From Dehalococcoidia bacterium (lineage in GTDB: Bacteria > Chloroflexota > Dehalococcoidia > Lucifugimonadales > UBA3495), in the NCBI GenBank assembly GCA_965247605.1, contig CBDFHM010000011.1, positions 86,932-150,931 of the forward strand: 64,000 nt of DNA, written 5' to 3'. Positions 8,519 to 17,428 of this stretch are shown here, in pieces (position 1 is the stretch's first letter; each line of letters starts with the position of its first letter). The notes under the pieces were generated by a model that saw only the letters and a program-made list of their open reading frames with translations, had not been told where the DNA came from and searched no databases. Made by a program: the position numbers and the translations under genes.

Positions 8519-9766
8519 ATGCAACAGGAAGCTACTCCACCGTTCGCCATCTTCGACGATTACAGGCCAACCGTTGCCATTACCGTCGCCATCAGATGGC
8601 TCCTGCTATCTACCTGGTTGGCAATGGTCAACTACCGGCCTGACGACGAATCGCCCCGTCTGCTATTCAACTCCATGGGTTTGGCCATCGCGATAGTCAA
8701 CGCTTATGTAACGTGGCTTATCCTGACAGACCGGCGAATCACCTGGCGTCACGCATTGGGGCTGAGTTCGCTGGACCTCATCGTGATCACAGCCGGGCTG
8801 TACATGTTCGGCGGGTTACAGAACCGGTTTTACGTCTTCTATTACCCAGCGCTCCTCGGCTTCTCCCTCATGTTCCCCCGGCGGGCAAGTTTCATCGCGA
8901 TAGGAGCAGTCGTTGCTCTCTACGTGACGATGGCATTGACCATCCAACCCACCTTGGACAGAAGCAGTTTTCAGGAGAAGGTGTTGGTGGTTCGGGTGAT
9001 GACCATGATCGGGATCGTCGTCGCCGGCATCCTGCTGGCAATGTGGGAACGGGCCAGGCGTCGCGAGGCGGTGTCTGCGGAACAGCAACGGGCGCAGGAA
9101 AACTTGGAGCTGCAACGCCGCGCTCAAGAGGCCGAGCTGGCGGCAGTGGAGGAACGAGGCCGCATCGCCCGGGAGATACATGACGGTGTGGCCCAATCGA
9201 TTTACATGCTCAGCCTGCAACTCGAGACCTGCGTCGATCTGGCCGACAGCAACCCCACCGGTCTCAGCGACCGGTTGAAGAGTCTCGTGTCCCTCTCCAA
9301 AGAGAGTCTCTTGGAGGTAAGGCACTATATATTCGACTTGAAGCCCTACCTGGCCGGAGAAAAGGGCCTCGCCAGCATGGTCGAAAGCCAAGTCCGGGAA
9401 TTCCGAAACGTGGCGGGCGTGGCGACCGAGCTGGAAGTCAGCGGTCAGGAGCGCGAGGTTCCCATGCCGGTTTCCACCTGCCTCTACCGGGTAACCCAAG
9501 AGGCGTTAGCCAACGTGTTCAAACACGCCCAGGCCTCCCGCGTGGATGTAACGCTGGAATATGGAACCTTTGACGTAGCTCTCGCGATACGCGACAACGG
9601 CCTGGGATTTGATACTTCTACGGAAACGGTTGGTCTGGGCCTCAACAACATGCGCCAAAGGGCGGCGGAGCTAGGCGGGTCGCTGGTTTTGGAGAGTGCG
9701 CTCGGCACAGGCACTAGGGTTGAAATTCGATTGCCCACCCAAGCTCAGGTACCGGCGTCGCCTTAA
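8519..9766 (+). CDS. Polytopic membrane histidine kinase, NarX/DegS (HisKA_3) type
   Basis: Five to six N-terminal TM helices. H-box ERGRIAREIHDGVAQSIY, then HATPase_c (RDNGLGF, GLGLNNMRQRAAELGG). Confidence 0.9.
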   Translation: MQQEATPPFAIFDDYRPTVAITVAIRWLLLSTWLAMVNYRPDDESPRLLFNSMGLAIAIVNAYVTWLILTDRRITWRHALGLSSLDLIVITAGLYMFGGLQNRFYVFYYPALLGFSLMFPRRASFIAIGAVVALYVTMALTIQPTLDRSSFQEKVLVVRVMTMIGIVVAGILLAMWERARRREAVSAEQQRAQENLELQRRAQEAELAAVEERGRIAREIHDGVAQSIYMLSLQLETCVDLADSNPTGLSDRLKSLVSLSKESLLEVRHYIFDLKPYLAGEKGLASMVESQVREFRNVAGVATELEVSGQEREVPMPVSTCLYRVTQEALANVFKHAQASRVDVTLEYGTFDVALAIRDNGLGFDTSTETVGLGLNNMRQRAAELGGSLVLESALGTGTRVEIRLPTQAQVPASP

Positions 9767-9807
9767 CCCAAGAGTAAGGCACACCAAATAAAAAGGCAGA
9801 TGTCTAC

Positions 9808-10476
9808 ATGGCAAAAGTTCGGATAATGATCGTGGACGACCATGAGGTGGTCCGCTCGGGATTGAAGGCCATCCTGGAACCGGAGAGCGACTTTGCTATA
9901 GTCGGTGAGGCCGCCTCGGGAGAGGAGGCGATCGCACAAGTCGCTGCCCACCGCCCGGGAGTGGTGTTGATGGACGTGCGTATGGAGGAAATGAGCGGCA
10001 TCGAAGCGTGCCGGGCCATCAAGAGTGCGCATCCCGAGGTCAACGTCTTGATGCTCACCTCATACAACGAGGAAGCGGCGGTGACTGCGGCGATCATGGC
10101 CGGAGCTTCCGCTTACTTATTGAAGAACGTGGGCCGCTCGGAGTTAATCAAAGCCATCCGCGCCGTGGCGGCCGGCCAGAACCAGCTAGACCCGGCCGTT
10201 ACCCGACAGGTAATGGAAAAACTGGCCCAGCTGAGCGCCCGCGAGGAGGCCCGGGAAGTTGCCGAGCTGTCACAACGGGAGCGGGAGGTTATGGCGTTAA
10301 TCGCCCAGGGAGCTACCAACCGCGGCATTGCCGAGCGATTGGTGATCACCGAGAACACCGCCCGAAACCATGTGAGCCGTATTCTGGACAAGTTGGGGTT
10401 GTCCCGGCGAAGTGAGGCCGCCGTCTTCGCAGCCCAACACGGATTGGTGAACCAGGACCCGCCAGAGGAGCGCTAA
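9808..10476 (+). CDS. NarL/LuxR-family response regulator
   Basis: REC (IMIVDDHEVV...VLMDVRMEEMSG...MLTSY) plus LuxR HTH (LSQREREVMALIAQGATNRGIAERLVITENTARNHVSRILDKLG). Confidence 0.95.
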   Translation: MAKVRIMIVDDHEVVRSGLKAILEPESDFAIVGEAASGEEAIAQVAAHRPGVVLMDVRMEEMSGIEACRAIKSAHPEVNVLMLTSYNEEAAVTAAIMAGASAYLLKNVGRSELIKAIRAVAAGQNQLDPAVTRQVMEKLAQLSAREEAREVAELSQREREVMALIAQGATNRGIAERLVITENTARNHVSRILDKLGLSRRSEAAVFAAQHGLVNQDPPEER

Positions 10477-10525
10477 TGACCGCCCATTTTACCGGCTCCA
10501 GACCATCCTCGATGAGACAGACTTC

Positions 10526-10909
10526 ATGACGACAGTCCTGCTAGTAGGCGCCGGCGGGTTTATCGGTTCTGCTCTCCGGTACCTCATTAATAAGGAAGTC
10601 CAACAACTTCTGATCGCCCCTAACGGGTTCCCCTACGGCGTCCTGTTGGTGAACGTCGTTGGCTGTCTGGTCATCGGGATATTGGGCGGACTGGCCGCAA
10701 CCCACGGGATATTCAACGTTACCAGTGGAAGCCGAGCTTTTTTGTTTCTGGGCGTTCTCGGCGGGTTCACCACGTTCTCAGCGTTTGGCTACGATACCAT
10801 TGAATTGGCTCGGGAGGGCGATATCACCCAAGCAATCGCCAACGTAGGCCTTCAGATCGGTTTGGGGTTGGGCGCTGTGTGGGTTGGCTACAAGCTGGCG
10901 GTCTGGTAG
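10526..10909 (+). CDS. crcB: Fluoride channel CrcB/FluC
   Basis: 127 aa, 4 TM, with GGFIGSALRY, LLVNVVGCLVIG and LGGFTTFSAFGYD. Confidence 0.9.
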   Translation: MTTVLLVGAGGFIGSALRYLINKEVQQLLIAPNGFPYGVLLVNVVGCLVIGILGGLAATHGIFNVTSGSRAFLFLGVLGGFTTFSAFGYDTIELAREGDITQAIANVGLQIGLGLGAVWVGYKLAVW

Positions 10910-10917
10910 ACCTTTTT
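10900..10917 (+). terminator. Weak intrinsic terminator candidate overlapping the crcB stop
   Basis: GGTCT-GGT-AGACC stem (5 bp) followed by TTTTT. The stem is short, hence low confidence. Confidence 0.3.
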
Positions 10918-10957
10918 GCTTAACTGGACAGCAGTGGCACGCTAGTACTCAGTCAAC

Positions 10958-11605
10958 CTAATTGTTGGCAGGATAGAGATGGTGACGCTTGACTCGGGCG
11001 TCCACAGTGGAGAATCTCCAGTCAATGGTTGCTCCGGCTTGGTTTCGTTCTGCCTCCAGGGCCGCGATCTCGCCACTCAAAGTCTCTTCATCGGCAATAC
11101 GGCGGCGCAGGACTCGCCTGGCCAAGACACTGAACTCGATCTCTGCCATGTTGAGCCAACTACCGTGCTTGGGAGTGTAGTGAAACTCCAAGCGTTTGCG
11201 TATTCGCCTAGCCTCCTTGGGCTCGAAGGTTTCGTAGAGGGAAGCTGGTTTGTGGGTGTTGAGGTTGTCCAGCACCACCCGGATCTTCTCGGACGCTGGG
11301 TAAGCTTCATCGGCCAGCCACCGCATCTGCTGAGCGAAGTCCACCATGGTACGACGTTCGGTCACTGCCACATGCCTCCAGCCCGCCAGGGGCTCGCACA
11401 GCATGAACAGGTTTCGGGTGCCATTGCGCTGGTACTCGTAATCGTATCGCTCCCGTCGTGCCAGCTTGGGCGGGATCGGAGACCTCTTTTCCGCCAGCAA
11501 CTGCTTGGAGGTCTCGTCGAAACAGACCACCGGGCGCTCTGGGTCATAGGGTTCCGCGTAAAGGTCCAGCACATCCTCCATACACGCCACAAACTCGGCG
11601 CTCAC
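10958..11605 (-). CDS. IS630 transposase OrfB (DDE_3 catalytic part)
   Basis: VCFDETSKQL..., VVLDNLNTHK..., HYTPKHGSWLNMAEIEFSVL. This frame stays open upstream and encodes KNSLKPWQKKEWCIPQ, the conserved IS630 linker. Confidence 0.85.
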   Translation of the reverse strand: MSAEFVACMEDVLDLYAEPYDPERPVVCFDETSKQLLAEKRSPIPPKLARRERYDYEYQRNGTRNLFMLCEPLAGWRHVAVTERRTMVDFAQQMRWLADEAYPASEKIRVVLDNLNTHKPASLYETFEPKEARRIRKRLEFHYTPKHGSWLNMAEIEFSVLARRVLRRRIADEETLSGEIAALEAERNQAGATIDWRFSTVDARVKRHHLYPANN

Positions 11606-12081
11606 CTGGGGAATACACCACTCCTTCTTCTGCCACGGCTTGAGACTGTTTTTTTCAACCGCTTGCGAATTCCCTCGTGGGACATGGAGGGCGCCAGCCC
11701 CAACTCCACCACCTTGTTTGCCAGGAGCCGCAGGGTCCAGTGGTCATGGCCTGGAGGGGCCTCGCTGCACGCCAGGGCAATCAGGTGCGCTTCCCCCCGC
11801 TCATCCAGTTTGGTCGGATGTCCTGGCCGAGGATCTTCCTCCAAGGCCCGCTTCAGTCCTCCCTCCAGGTACCGCCGCTTGGTACGGCACACCGTACCCG
11901 CAGACGTGTCCAGCGCCTCCACGATGCGCATCACCCCCCAGCCCGTATCTGCCTTTAGCAGAATACGGGCCCGGGCAACCTTTCGCGCTGGGCTCTTTCC
12001 CCCGCGAATCAGTCGTTCCAACTGGTCTCGTTCTTCCCTTTCCAACCGGACCACATACCGATCTCGTCCCATGGCTGCCAC
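11602..12081 (-). CDS. IS630 transposase OrfA (HTH DNA-binding part)
   Basis: RERDQLERLIRGGKSPARKVARARILLKAD...TVCRTKRRYLEGGL: paired HTH motifs typical of IS630/Tc1 N-termini. Confidence 0.85.
   Translation of the reverse strand: MAAMGRDRYVVRLEREERDQLERLIRGGKSPARKVARARILLKADTGWGVMRIVEALDTSAGTVCRTKRRYLEGGLKRALEEDPRPGHPTKLDERGEAHLIALACSEAPPGHDHWTLRLLANKVVELGLAPSMSHEGIRKRLKKTVSSRGRRRSGVFPR
11649..11655 (-). other. A7 slippery run: candidate programmed -1 frameshift site joining OrfA and OrfB
   Basis: Minus strand reads CGG TTG AAA AAA ACA. A -1 slip gives ...RLKK-NSLKPWQKKEWCIPQVSAEF..., restoring a canonical single-chain IS630 transposase. Confidence 0.6.
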
Positions 12082-12163
12082 CCTCCTACGTCAACACTCC
12101 TAAAAAAGGGTAGCAACCTTAGACGTTTTCTTAAACAATTACCAAAACCGAGTTGACTGAGTA

Positions 12164-12892
12164 CTAGTCTGGACTGACTGCACTCCAACGAATATCAACG
12201 TTATCGACGGTTGCAATCGTCCTCTTGGGTATCGTGAAACTGAACTTGCTGCCCCGGCCCAGCTCACTCTCCACCCATATGCGGCCGCCGTGGGCTTCGA
12301 CGATGCCTTTGGCGATGCTCAGTCCCAGGCCGGCGCCGCCTGAGGTTCGGGACCGGGCTTGATCGATGCGGTAGAACCGCTCGAACAACCGCTCTTGGTC
12401 TTGCCCGGCTATTCCTTCGCCGGTGTCCACGATCGCCCATCCCTCGTAGTGGTATCCGTTAGCAAGGGGCTGAATGCGGGTGAGCATCAGAGCAATAGAG
12501 CCGGTTTCCATGGCCATGGCGTCACCATCCTCGGCCATCTTGTCGTCTGCCATCGCCTCGCCATCCTCGGCCATCTTGTCGTCTGCCATCGCCTCGCCAT
12601 CTTCGGCCATTTTGTCGTCTTCCATGGCCTCGCCATCTTCGGCCATCTTGTCGTCTGCCATGGCCTCGCCATCTTCGGCCATTTTGTCGTCTTCCATGGC
12701 GTCCCCATCCTCGACCATCTTGTCGTCTGCCATCGCCTCGGCGTCGGAGGCAGCCGGCGCCTCAGTGGGTGGAGGCTGTGTGGGTTCAGGCCGGGGTGTG
12801 GCCGTAGGATCGGAGCCGCAAGCGGCGATGAGAAACAAAACTGCAATGAGCAGGGCCGGTAACGTTAGCCGGCTTTTAAGAAAAGTAGGCAT
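12164..12892 (-). pseudogene. Chimeric ORF: lipoprotein with acidic tandem repeats fused to the C-terminal half of a histidine-kinase ATPase domain
   Basis: Lipobox LIAAC-G, then (A/E)[11 protein letters not shown] repeated about 7 times, then an RskA-like [13 protein letters not shown]. It then passes directly into the G1 box DTGEGI...FERFYRID...[25 protein letters not shown] with no HisKA domain or N-box. The stop TAG uses the IS630 target TA. Confidence 0.6.
12514..12750. repeat. 36-bp tandem repeat, about 6.5 copies (coding)
   Basis: Units start at 12514, 12550, 12586, 12622, 12658 and 12694. Plus-strand consensus is CATSGCSTCRCCATCYTCGRCCATYTTGTCGTCTKC. There are no spacers. Confidence 0.9.
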
Positions 12893-13061
12893 CTTTTCCC
12901 TCCAGATTAAGGATTAGCCTGATTCTGGAGGGGAGATATTGCTATACCCTTGCAAATATTACGAAATTCTTAACTGGGCGGACTGGTTTGTTTTTCTCAT
13001 TTGGGAAAGGAGAAGTGAAAGGTGGTCGGGTCGTCCAACTACTCCGAGTCACGGGCCGTAG

Positions 13062-13700
13062 TTACAACGGTTCGGTGAAGGCCCATATCTGGCGGTTGGC
13101 GGCCTCTGCGGTACAAGTATCGAGAATTAGGCCATTGGCGACGAAGTTGTTTCCCCCGGCGTCTCGATGAGGCGCATCGGGAATACTGATGCAGAGCTCG
13201 GGATTGCTGACAAGGACAATCTGGCCGGTCTCCAGATGCTCAAATTTCTGCCTTGGATTCCCGTCGCAGGCCTTCACGAAAAAAGTTGAGCTAGGCTCTA
13301 GGGAGGAGGCCTCCAAGCATCTTCGGAAGTACGGCATCTCAAGGCGCCCCTCCAGAAGCGCCGCTTGATCGAACCTACCGTCCATGTTCCACAGACCATG
13401 CTTGCAGGTATGGGACTGGACGGGGATCTCGAAGTTTATGTTGTTGGGAGTCCATCCCGGTAGATCGATGCACAATCCCCGCTCGTCGCCCAGAGCAGCC
13501 ACGGTCCTCACAAACCAACGGTCCTGGCCCACGTTCGGGGGCGCAACGCTGTCGGTGCCCAGCGGGGTACTTGAGAGCCCTGTGTCGTCGTTATCGCCGC
13601 AAGCTGCCAGCAGCAACAACATGATTGCACCGAGCGTCAGAACCAAGAAATAGAACGGTCGACGAAAGGAGTTGTTTCGGGTTGACTGCTTGTCGTCCAT
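13062..13700 (-). CDS. Secreted lipoprotein with ricin-type beta-trefoil lectin domain
   Basis: Start at ATG 13700 gives MDDKQSTRNNSFRRPFYFLVLTLGAIMLLLLAAC-G (lipobox). Body has LCIDLPG, CLEAS, RQKFEH, ELCISIP and ANRQIWAF (QxW-like repeats). Confidence 0.7.
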   Translation of the reverse strand: MDDKQSTRNNSFRRPFYFLVLTLGAIMLLLLAACGDNDDTGLSSTPLGTDSVAPPNVGQDRWFVRTVAALGDERGLCIDLPGWTPNNINFEIPVQSHTCKHGLWNMDGRFDQAALLEGRLEMPYFRRCLEASSLEPSSTFFVKACDGNPRQKFEHLETGQIVLVSNPELCISIPDAPHRDAGGNNFVANGLILDTCTAEAANRQIWAFTEPL

Positions 13701-13810
13701 GTGTTGCCTGGCGCCTGCGTCAAAAAGGGTCGAGATTAAAGGAAGAGCGCCGCTTTTGAAGGCGGCGCCCCTTGTCAACGTTGGTCAGCCGAATCCTCGT
13801 TGGTCCTGCC

Positions 13811-14806
13811 TTAGAGGGTCAGCGCGTGTTCCTCGTATTCTTTTTCTTTATTGTAGATCTGGAAACGGTGATTCCCCGATTCCAGAATGAATATCCGGTC
13901 TTGGGCGTCCACTTTGACCGCCGTCGGCCTCCGGAAACGCCACTCGGGTTCCAAGTTCGTCCGCCGCCTGGCTTTCATATTGTCCGGGTTGGCCTCAATG
14001 AGTGTCTGAGCCCAAGGCGAGGGTTGCTGGGCGTCGCCTACCAGAGTGGTGATGAAGGTCCCATTGGGAGCGTACACCTGAACACGGTGGTTGCCCCAAT
14101 CGGTCACGTAGACATCACCTTCCGAGTCTACGGCCACGTCGGTGGGGTTGGACAGCCCGCCGACTCCCGAGAGGGTACCCTCGAACTTGACCAGCAAGTT
14201 GCCGTTGGCGTCGAATTTCTGGACTCGGTTATTTCGCCAGTCCGCAACGAATACGTTGTCAGTGGAGTCAACGCATATTCCCCACGGCATGTCCAGTTCC
14301 CCGTCGCCGGAGCCTTGATTGCCGAAGGTGGCAAGAGGGGTCCCGTCTTTGGTGAACTTTTGGATCCGGTGATTGAGGCTGTCGACGATATATAGATTGT
14401 CGTCGGAGTCGAAGGCAATACCGGCCGGGGCGTTCAATTGCCCGTCGCCGTCGCCCGGATTGCCCCATTTTGACAGGAACTGCCCATCCTTGTCGAAGAC
14501 CGAAATACGGTGCAGGTAGTCGTCCGATACATAGATATTACCGGCACGGTCCAAAGCAATGGAGCGAGGCCAAACGAACTGGCCGTCGCCGGAGCCGGGT
14601 CCGCCGAACTGAGTGACGTACTGATGGTCGAGGGTGCAGATGGTAATCCGCTGGCCCAAGTCCTCAGCGCCTCTATTGACTACGTAGAGGGTATCTCCGT
14701 TTAGGGCAAAGTCTTGGGGTGTCCAAAAGCCTTGTCCAGACAAGGCATACATGCCGAATGAAAAGCTGTGATCAAATACCCGCCCCGCCGCAACGGTTGT
14801 TAGCAT
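13811..14806 (-). CDS. NHL-repeat beta-propeller protein (copy 1)
   Basis: Six repeats ending in NHRIQKF / NNRVQKF / NHRVQVY / NHRFQIY, with GSGDGQF/GDGDGQL motifs. No signal peptide. Confidence 0.85.
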   Translation of the reverse strand: MLTTVAAGRVFDHSFSFGMYALSGQGFWTPQDFALNGDTLYVVNRGAEDLGQRITICTLDHQYVTQFGGPGSGDGQFVWPRSIALDRAGNIYVSDDYLHRISVFDKDGQFLSKWGNPGDGDGQLNAPAGIAFDSDDNLYIVDSLNHRIQKFTKDGTPLATFGNQGSGDGELDMPWGICVDSTDNVFVADWRNNRVQKFDANGNLLVKFEGTLSGVGGLSNPTDVAVDSEGDVYVTDWGNHRVQVYAPNGTFITTLVGDAQQPSPWAQTLIEANPDNMKARRRTNLEPEWRFRRPTAVKVDAQDRIFILESGNHRFQIYNKEKEYEEHALTL

Positions 14807-14834
14807 TGGGAAACCTCCGCGTGAGTACTATTGG

Positions 14835-15965
14835 CTAAACAAAATCTAGCTGCTCAAATTTTCCGCCCACGATGGGCACCGGGTCGAGGCCCAACCAGCG
14901 ATCCACCACGGTGGAGTAGAAACCTCGGAAATCGTAGTTTGGCGCCAGGTCGCCCTGGGTCAGGTCCTCAGGTCGGATCGACGGATAGGTGCCGTACATG
15001 CCGCCCTTGACCTGGTTTCCAATGACGAAAGCCACGCCGCCAGCCCCGTGGTCGGTACCGGTGCCGTTGTCTTTGACCCGTCGGCCAAACTCGGTGAAGA
15101 GCATCATTACCAAGTTGTCGCCGGCATCATGTTCTTTCAGGTCGTCGAAGAAATCGCCGATGGCCCGGGATACGTCGGTCCACAGTTTGATATGTGCCGG
15201 CGGTTGGTTGAAATGGGTATCAAAACTGCCGTGCTGGGTGTAGAAAACCTGAGTACCCAGGTCGGCCAGGTAGACCCTGGCAACATCCTTCAGGACCGTG
15301 GCGATGGGAGTTTCTGCGTACTCAATTGTGGAGGAGTATTTTTCAGGCGCCACCTTGATGATGTCCGCGCCCCTGAGAGCGTCCCTGCCCGTCTGTCCCA
15401 GGTAGTCCATAACCACACCGGTACCCACGGCCGGTGAGTACATCCTGGCGAAACGCTCAAGGATTTGGTCTCGGTCGTCGCCAACTCCCGGAACGTTCGA
15501 CAACACACCGTAGGACTCCAGGTTGGAAACTGAGGTTACAGGAACGCCGCGCAGCGCCAAAGCCCGCGGCAACCCCTGCCCAAAGTTGACTCCCTTTAGG
15601 ACGTTCTCACCGGCGGGGTCCAGGTCGCGAATGACTTTGCCTGCCCAACCCTCGGTGCCCACGATGTCGGGTTCGCAGGTGTGCCAGATGTCCATGGACC
15701 GGAAGTGGGACCGCGGCGAGTTTTCGTAACCTATGCCGTGAATAATCGCCATTTTGCCGTCGTCATAGAGCTGCTTGACCGCCCCCATATTGGGGTTGAA
15801 GCCCAGTTCGTCGTCGATGGGCAAGACCTCGTCTTCCGCTATGGCGACCCTGGGCCGGGCGTCACGGTAATACGGGTTGGTGTAAGGGACGATCGTATTA
15901 AGGTAGTCGTTGGCACCGGTAAGCTGTAAGACCACCAGTACCGGATCTTTTTTTGTTGTTGCCAT
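14835..15965 (-). CDS. DUF1501 (sulfatase-fold) protein (copy 1)
   Basis: Start chosen at MATTKKDPVLVVLQLTG by alignment with the paralog at 39412. Has RSHFRSMDIWHT and FTEFGRRVKDNGTGTDHGAGG. Confidence 0.9.
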   Translation of the reverse strand: MATTKKDPVLVVLQLTGANDYLNTIVPYTNPYYRDARPRVAIAEDEVLPIDDELGFNPNMGAVKQLYDDGKMAIIHGIGYENSPRSHFRSMDIWHTCEPDIVGTEGWAGKVIRDLDPAGENVLKGVNFGQGLPRALALRGVPVTSVSNLESYGVLSNVPGVGDDRDQILERFARMYSPAVGTGVVMDYLGQTGRDALRGADIIKVAPEKYSSTIEYAETPIATVLKDVARVYLADLGTQVFYTQHGSFDTHFNQPPAHIKLWTDVSRAIGDFFDDLKEHDAGDNLVMMLFTEFGRRVKDNGTGTDHGAGGVAFVIGNQVKGGMYGTYPSIRPEDLTQGDLAPNYDFRGFYSTVVDRWLGLDPVPIVGGKFEQLDFV

Positions 15966-16024
15966 GCTCCGCTCCTCTTCTGCCAGCAAAGTCGTAAAAC
16001 CCGTATTTCGGGAGAACTGCTATG

Positions 16025-17428
16025 TTAGGCGAACTGGAAATCCCGGGACGCGGCGATTAACGCCAGCATCACTCCGATACGCTTTTCGGACTCAGCGGAT
16101 TCTGCTTCAGTGCTCCAAGCAAGGTTTCCGCCGGTCTGGGCCTGATCCAAGAGTTCATTCCTGGTCGTTTCGCTGATCTCCAACGGTCCAACCAACTCCA
16201 GGCAGCTATCTACGAACTCCTCGGGCGCCAGAGCGCCGCGTCCACGTATGTTCTCTACCATCGAATGGACGCCGGGCAGCGAGGTGTCTCCCAGCAGGTT
16301 GGCCGCGAAATTGACCCGCCGCACCAGCGCTCCGCCGTCGATCCATTCCGAGCCGGTGTGCCAGCTTTCCACGCTGGGCGGGTTGAGCAGTTCCTGTCCC
16401 TGATAGGCGGCTTCAAGGGCCAGTTTATCGAACCCAGGGCGCGGGCCTTGGTAGCTGCCCGCCAGGCGGGCGGTGCCAATCACCAACTCCGCTGGGCTCT
16501 TCACATGTGAAAAACGCGCCTTCTTGAAAAATTCAGAGTTGAACAGGACCCTCATCATCACGCGGACTTCGCCGTCGGAATCGTTGTAGGCCTGCACCAA
16601 CTGATCGATGGCCTCTGGATCGTTGGGCGGCGTAATGTTCCAACTGGGGACCTGGGGTTCGTCAGCGACGAAGAAGTTATAAAGGTGGCGAGCCAGGAAG
16701 CGGGCGGTCGCCGGCTGGTTGACCACGATGCCGATGATGTCGTCTCCGTCAAATGCCCCAGTCTGCCCCAAGAAGGTCTTCTGCCCGTCATCGTGGTCTT
16801 CCGGCCGGAACTCGAAATTCCAAAGGTACCGGCCCAACGGAGCGCGAGGGATCTTGCTGCCGACGGTCCATCCAGTGAAGGCGCGGGACGCCTCCTTGAT
16901 GTCGTCCTCGGAGTAATTGCCGACTCCCATGGAAAAGAGCTCCAAAAGCTCCCGGCCCCAGTTCTCGTTGATGGCCCCCATGTGGTTGCCGTTGTTGTCC
17001 AGCCAGTAGAGCATGGCCGGATTTTTGGCCAGCGCCACCAATAAATCGCGGAACTTACCCAGGCCCTGGCTGCGGAACATCGCAATCTGCACCGTCAGTT
17101 CCGGTGGGTTGTCCACCTTAGAGTTGCCGGTGGCAAACAACTGGTGCCAGAAGAGGGCCATCTTCTCTTCCAAGGGCCGCTGAGTGTTTATCATGCGATA
17201 GACCCACTCGCCTTGGTTGATGGCCGGCGCCCCAGCTAATTCGTACCCGGGCATGAACCGGAAGAGAAGGTCGTCGTCGATGGGAGCCTGGTTCTCGGGG
17301 TGTAGCAGCTCCTCCACGGTGGCCTCGTACCCCTTGCCCACGCGGGCCTCCAACTCTTCCCGAGATGCGCCGAACCCGGCCCGCCGCATCAGATGAGCGA
17401 ATAGCGCAATTTCTTCCCTGTCGGGCAT
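16025..17428 (-). CDS. DUF1800 protein (copy 1)
   Basis: Start at AGGAGGGAAACC-ATG (17428) gives MPDREEIALFAHLMRRAGFGASREELE, matching the paralog. Has LFWHQLFATG, NENWGRELLELFSMGVGNYSEDDIKE and WHTGSEWIDGG. Confidence 0.9.
   Translation of the reverse strand: MPDREEIALFAHLMRRAGFGASREELEARVGKGYEATVEELLHPENQAPIDDDLLFRFMPGYELAGAPAINQGEWVYRMINTQRPLEEKMALFWHQLFATGNSKVDNPPELTVQIAMFRSQGLGKFRDLLVALAKNPAMLYWLDNNGNHMGAINENWGRELLELFSMGVGNYSEDDIKEASRAFTGWTVGSKIPRAPLGRYLWNFEFRPEDHDDGQKTFLGQTGAFDGDDIIGIVVNQPATARFLARHLYNFFVADEPQVPSWNITPPNDPEAIDQLVQAYNDSDGEVRVMMRVLFNSEFFKKARFSHVKSPAELVIGTARLAGSYQGPRPGFDKLALEAAYQGQELLNPPSVESWHTGSEWIDGGALVRRVNFAANLLGDTSLPGVHSMVENIRGRGALAPEEFVDSCLELVGPLEISETTRNELLDQAQTGGNLAWSTEAESAESEKRIGVMLALIAASRDFQFA

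Larger units (their letters stand above)
10945..12164 (-). mobile_element. Complete IS630-family insertion sequence
   Basis: Perfect 13-bp terminal inverted repeats GTACTCAGTCAAC (10945-10957) and GTTGACTGAGTAC (12152-12164). Each is flanked by TA inside a C-TA...TA-G context (the CTAG target with TA duplication typical of IS630). Two overlapping transposase ORFs lie inside. Confidence 0.85.

Noticed and set aside
10441-10525. Possible fluoride (crcB-motif) riboswitch upstream of crcB
   Set aside because: The string GCUAAUGAC resembles the 3' part of the motif. However, I could not build the P1 stem or the pseudoknot, the gap is only 49 nt, and the candidate would overlap the end of the response-regulator gene. 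A cmscan with RF01734 would settle it.
10979-12103. 374-aa plus-strand ORF (plus 11640-12113 and others) covering the IS630 element
   Set aside because: It is antisense to a transposase with clear family motifs. The translation is low-complexity (R/P/G/S-rich) with no motifs. It is a typical shadow ORF in GC-rich DNA.
12514-12750. Regular 36-bp repeats that could be mistaken for a CRISPR array
   Set aside because: The units are directly adjacent with no spacers, lie inside an ORF and stay in frame. This is a coding tandem repeat. No cas genes are present in the window.
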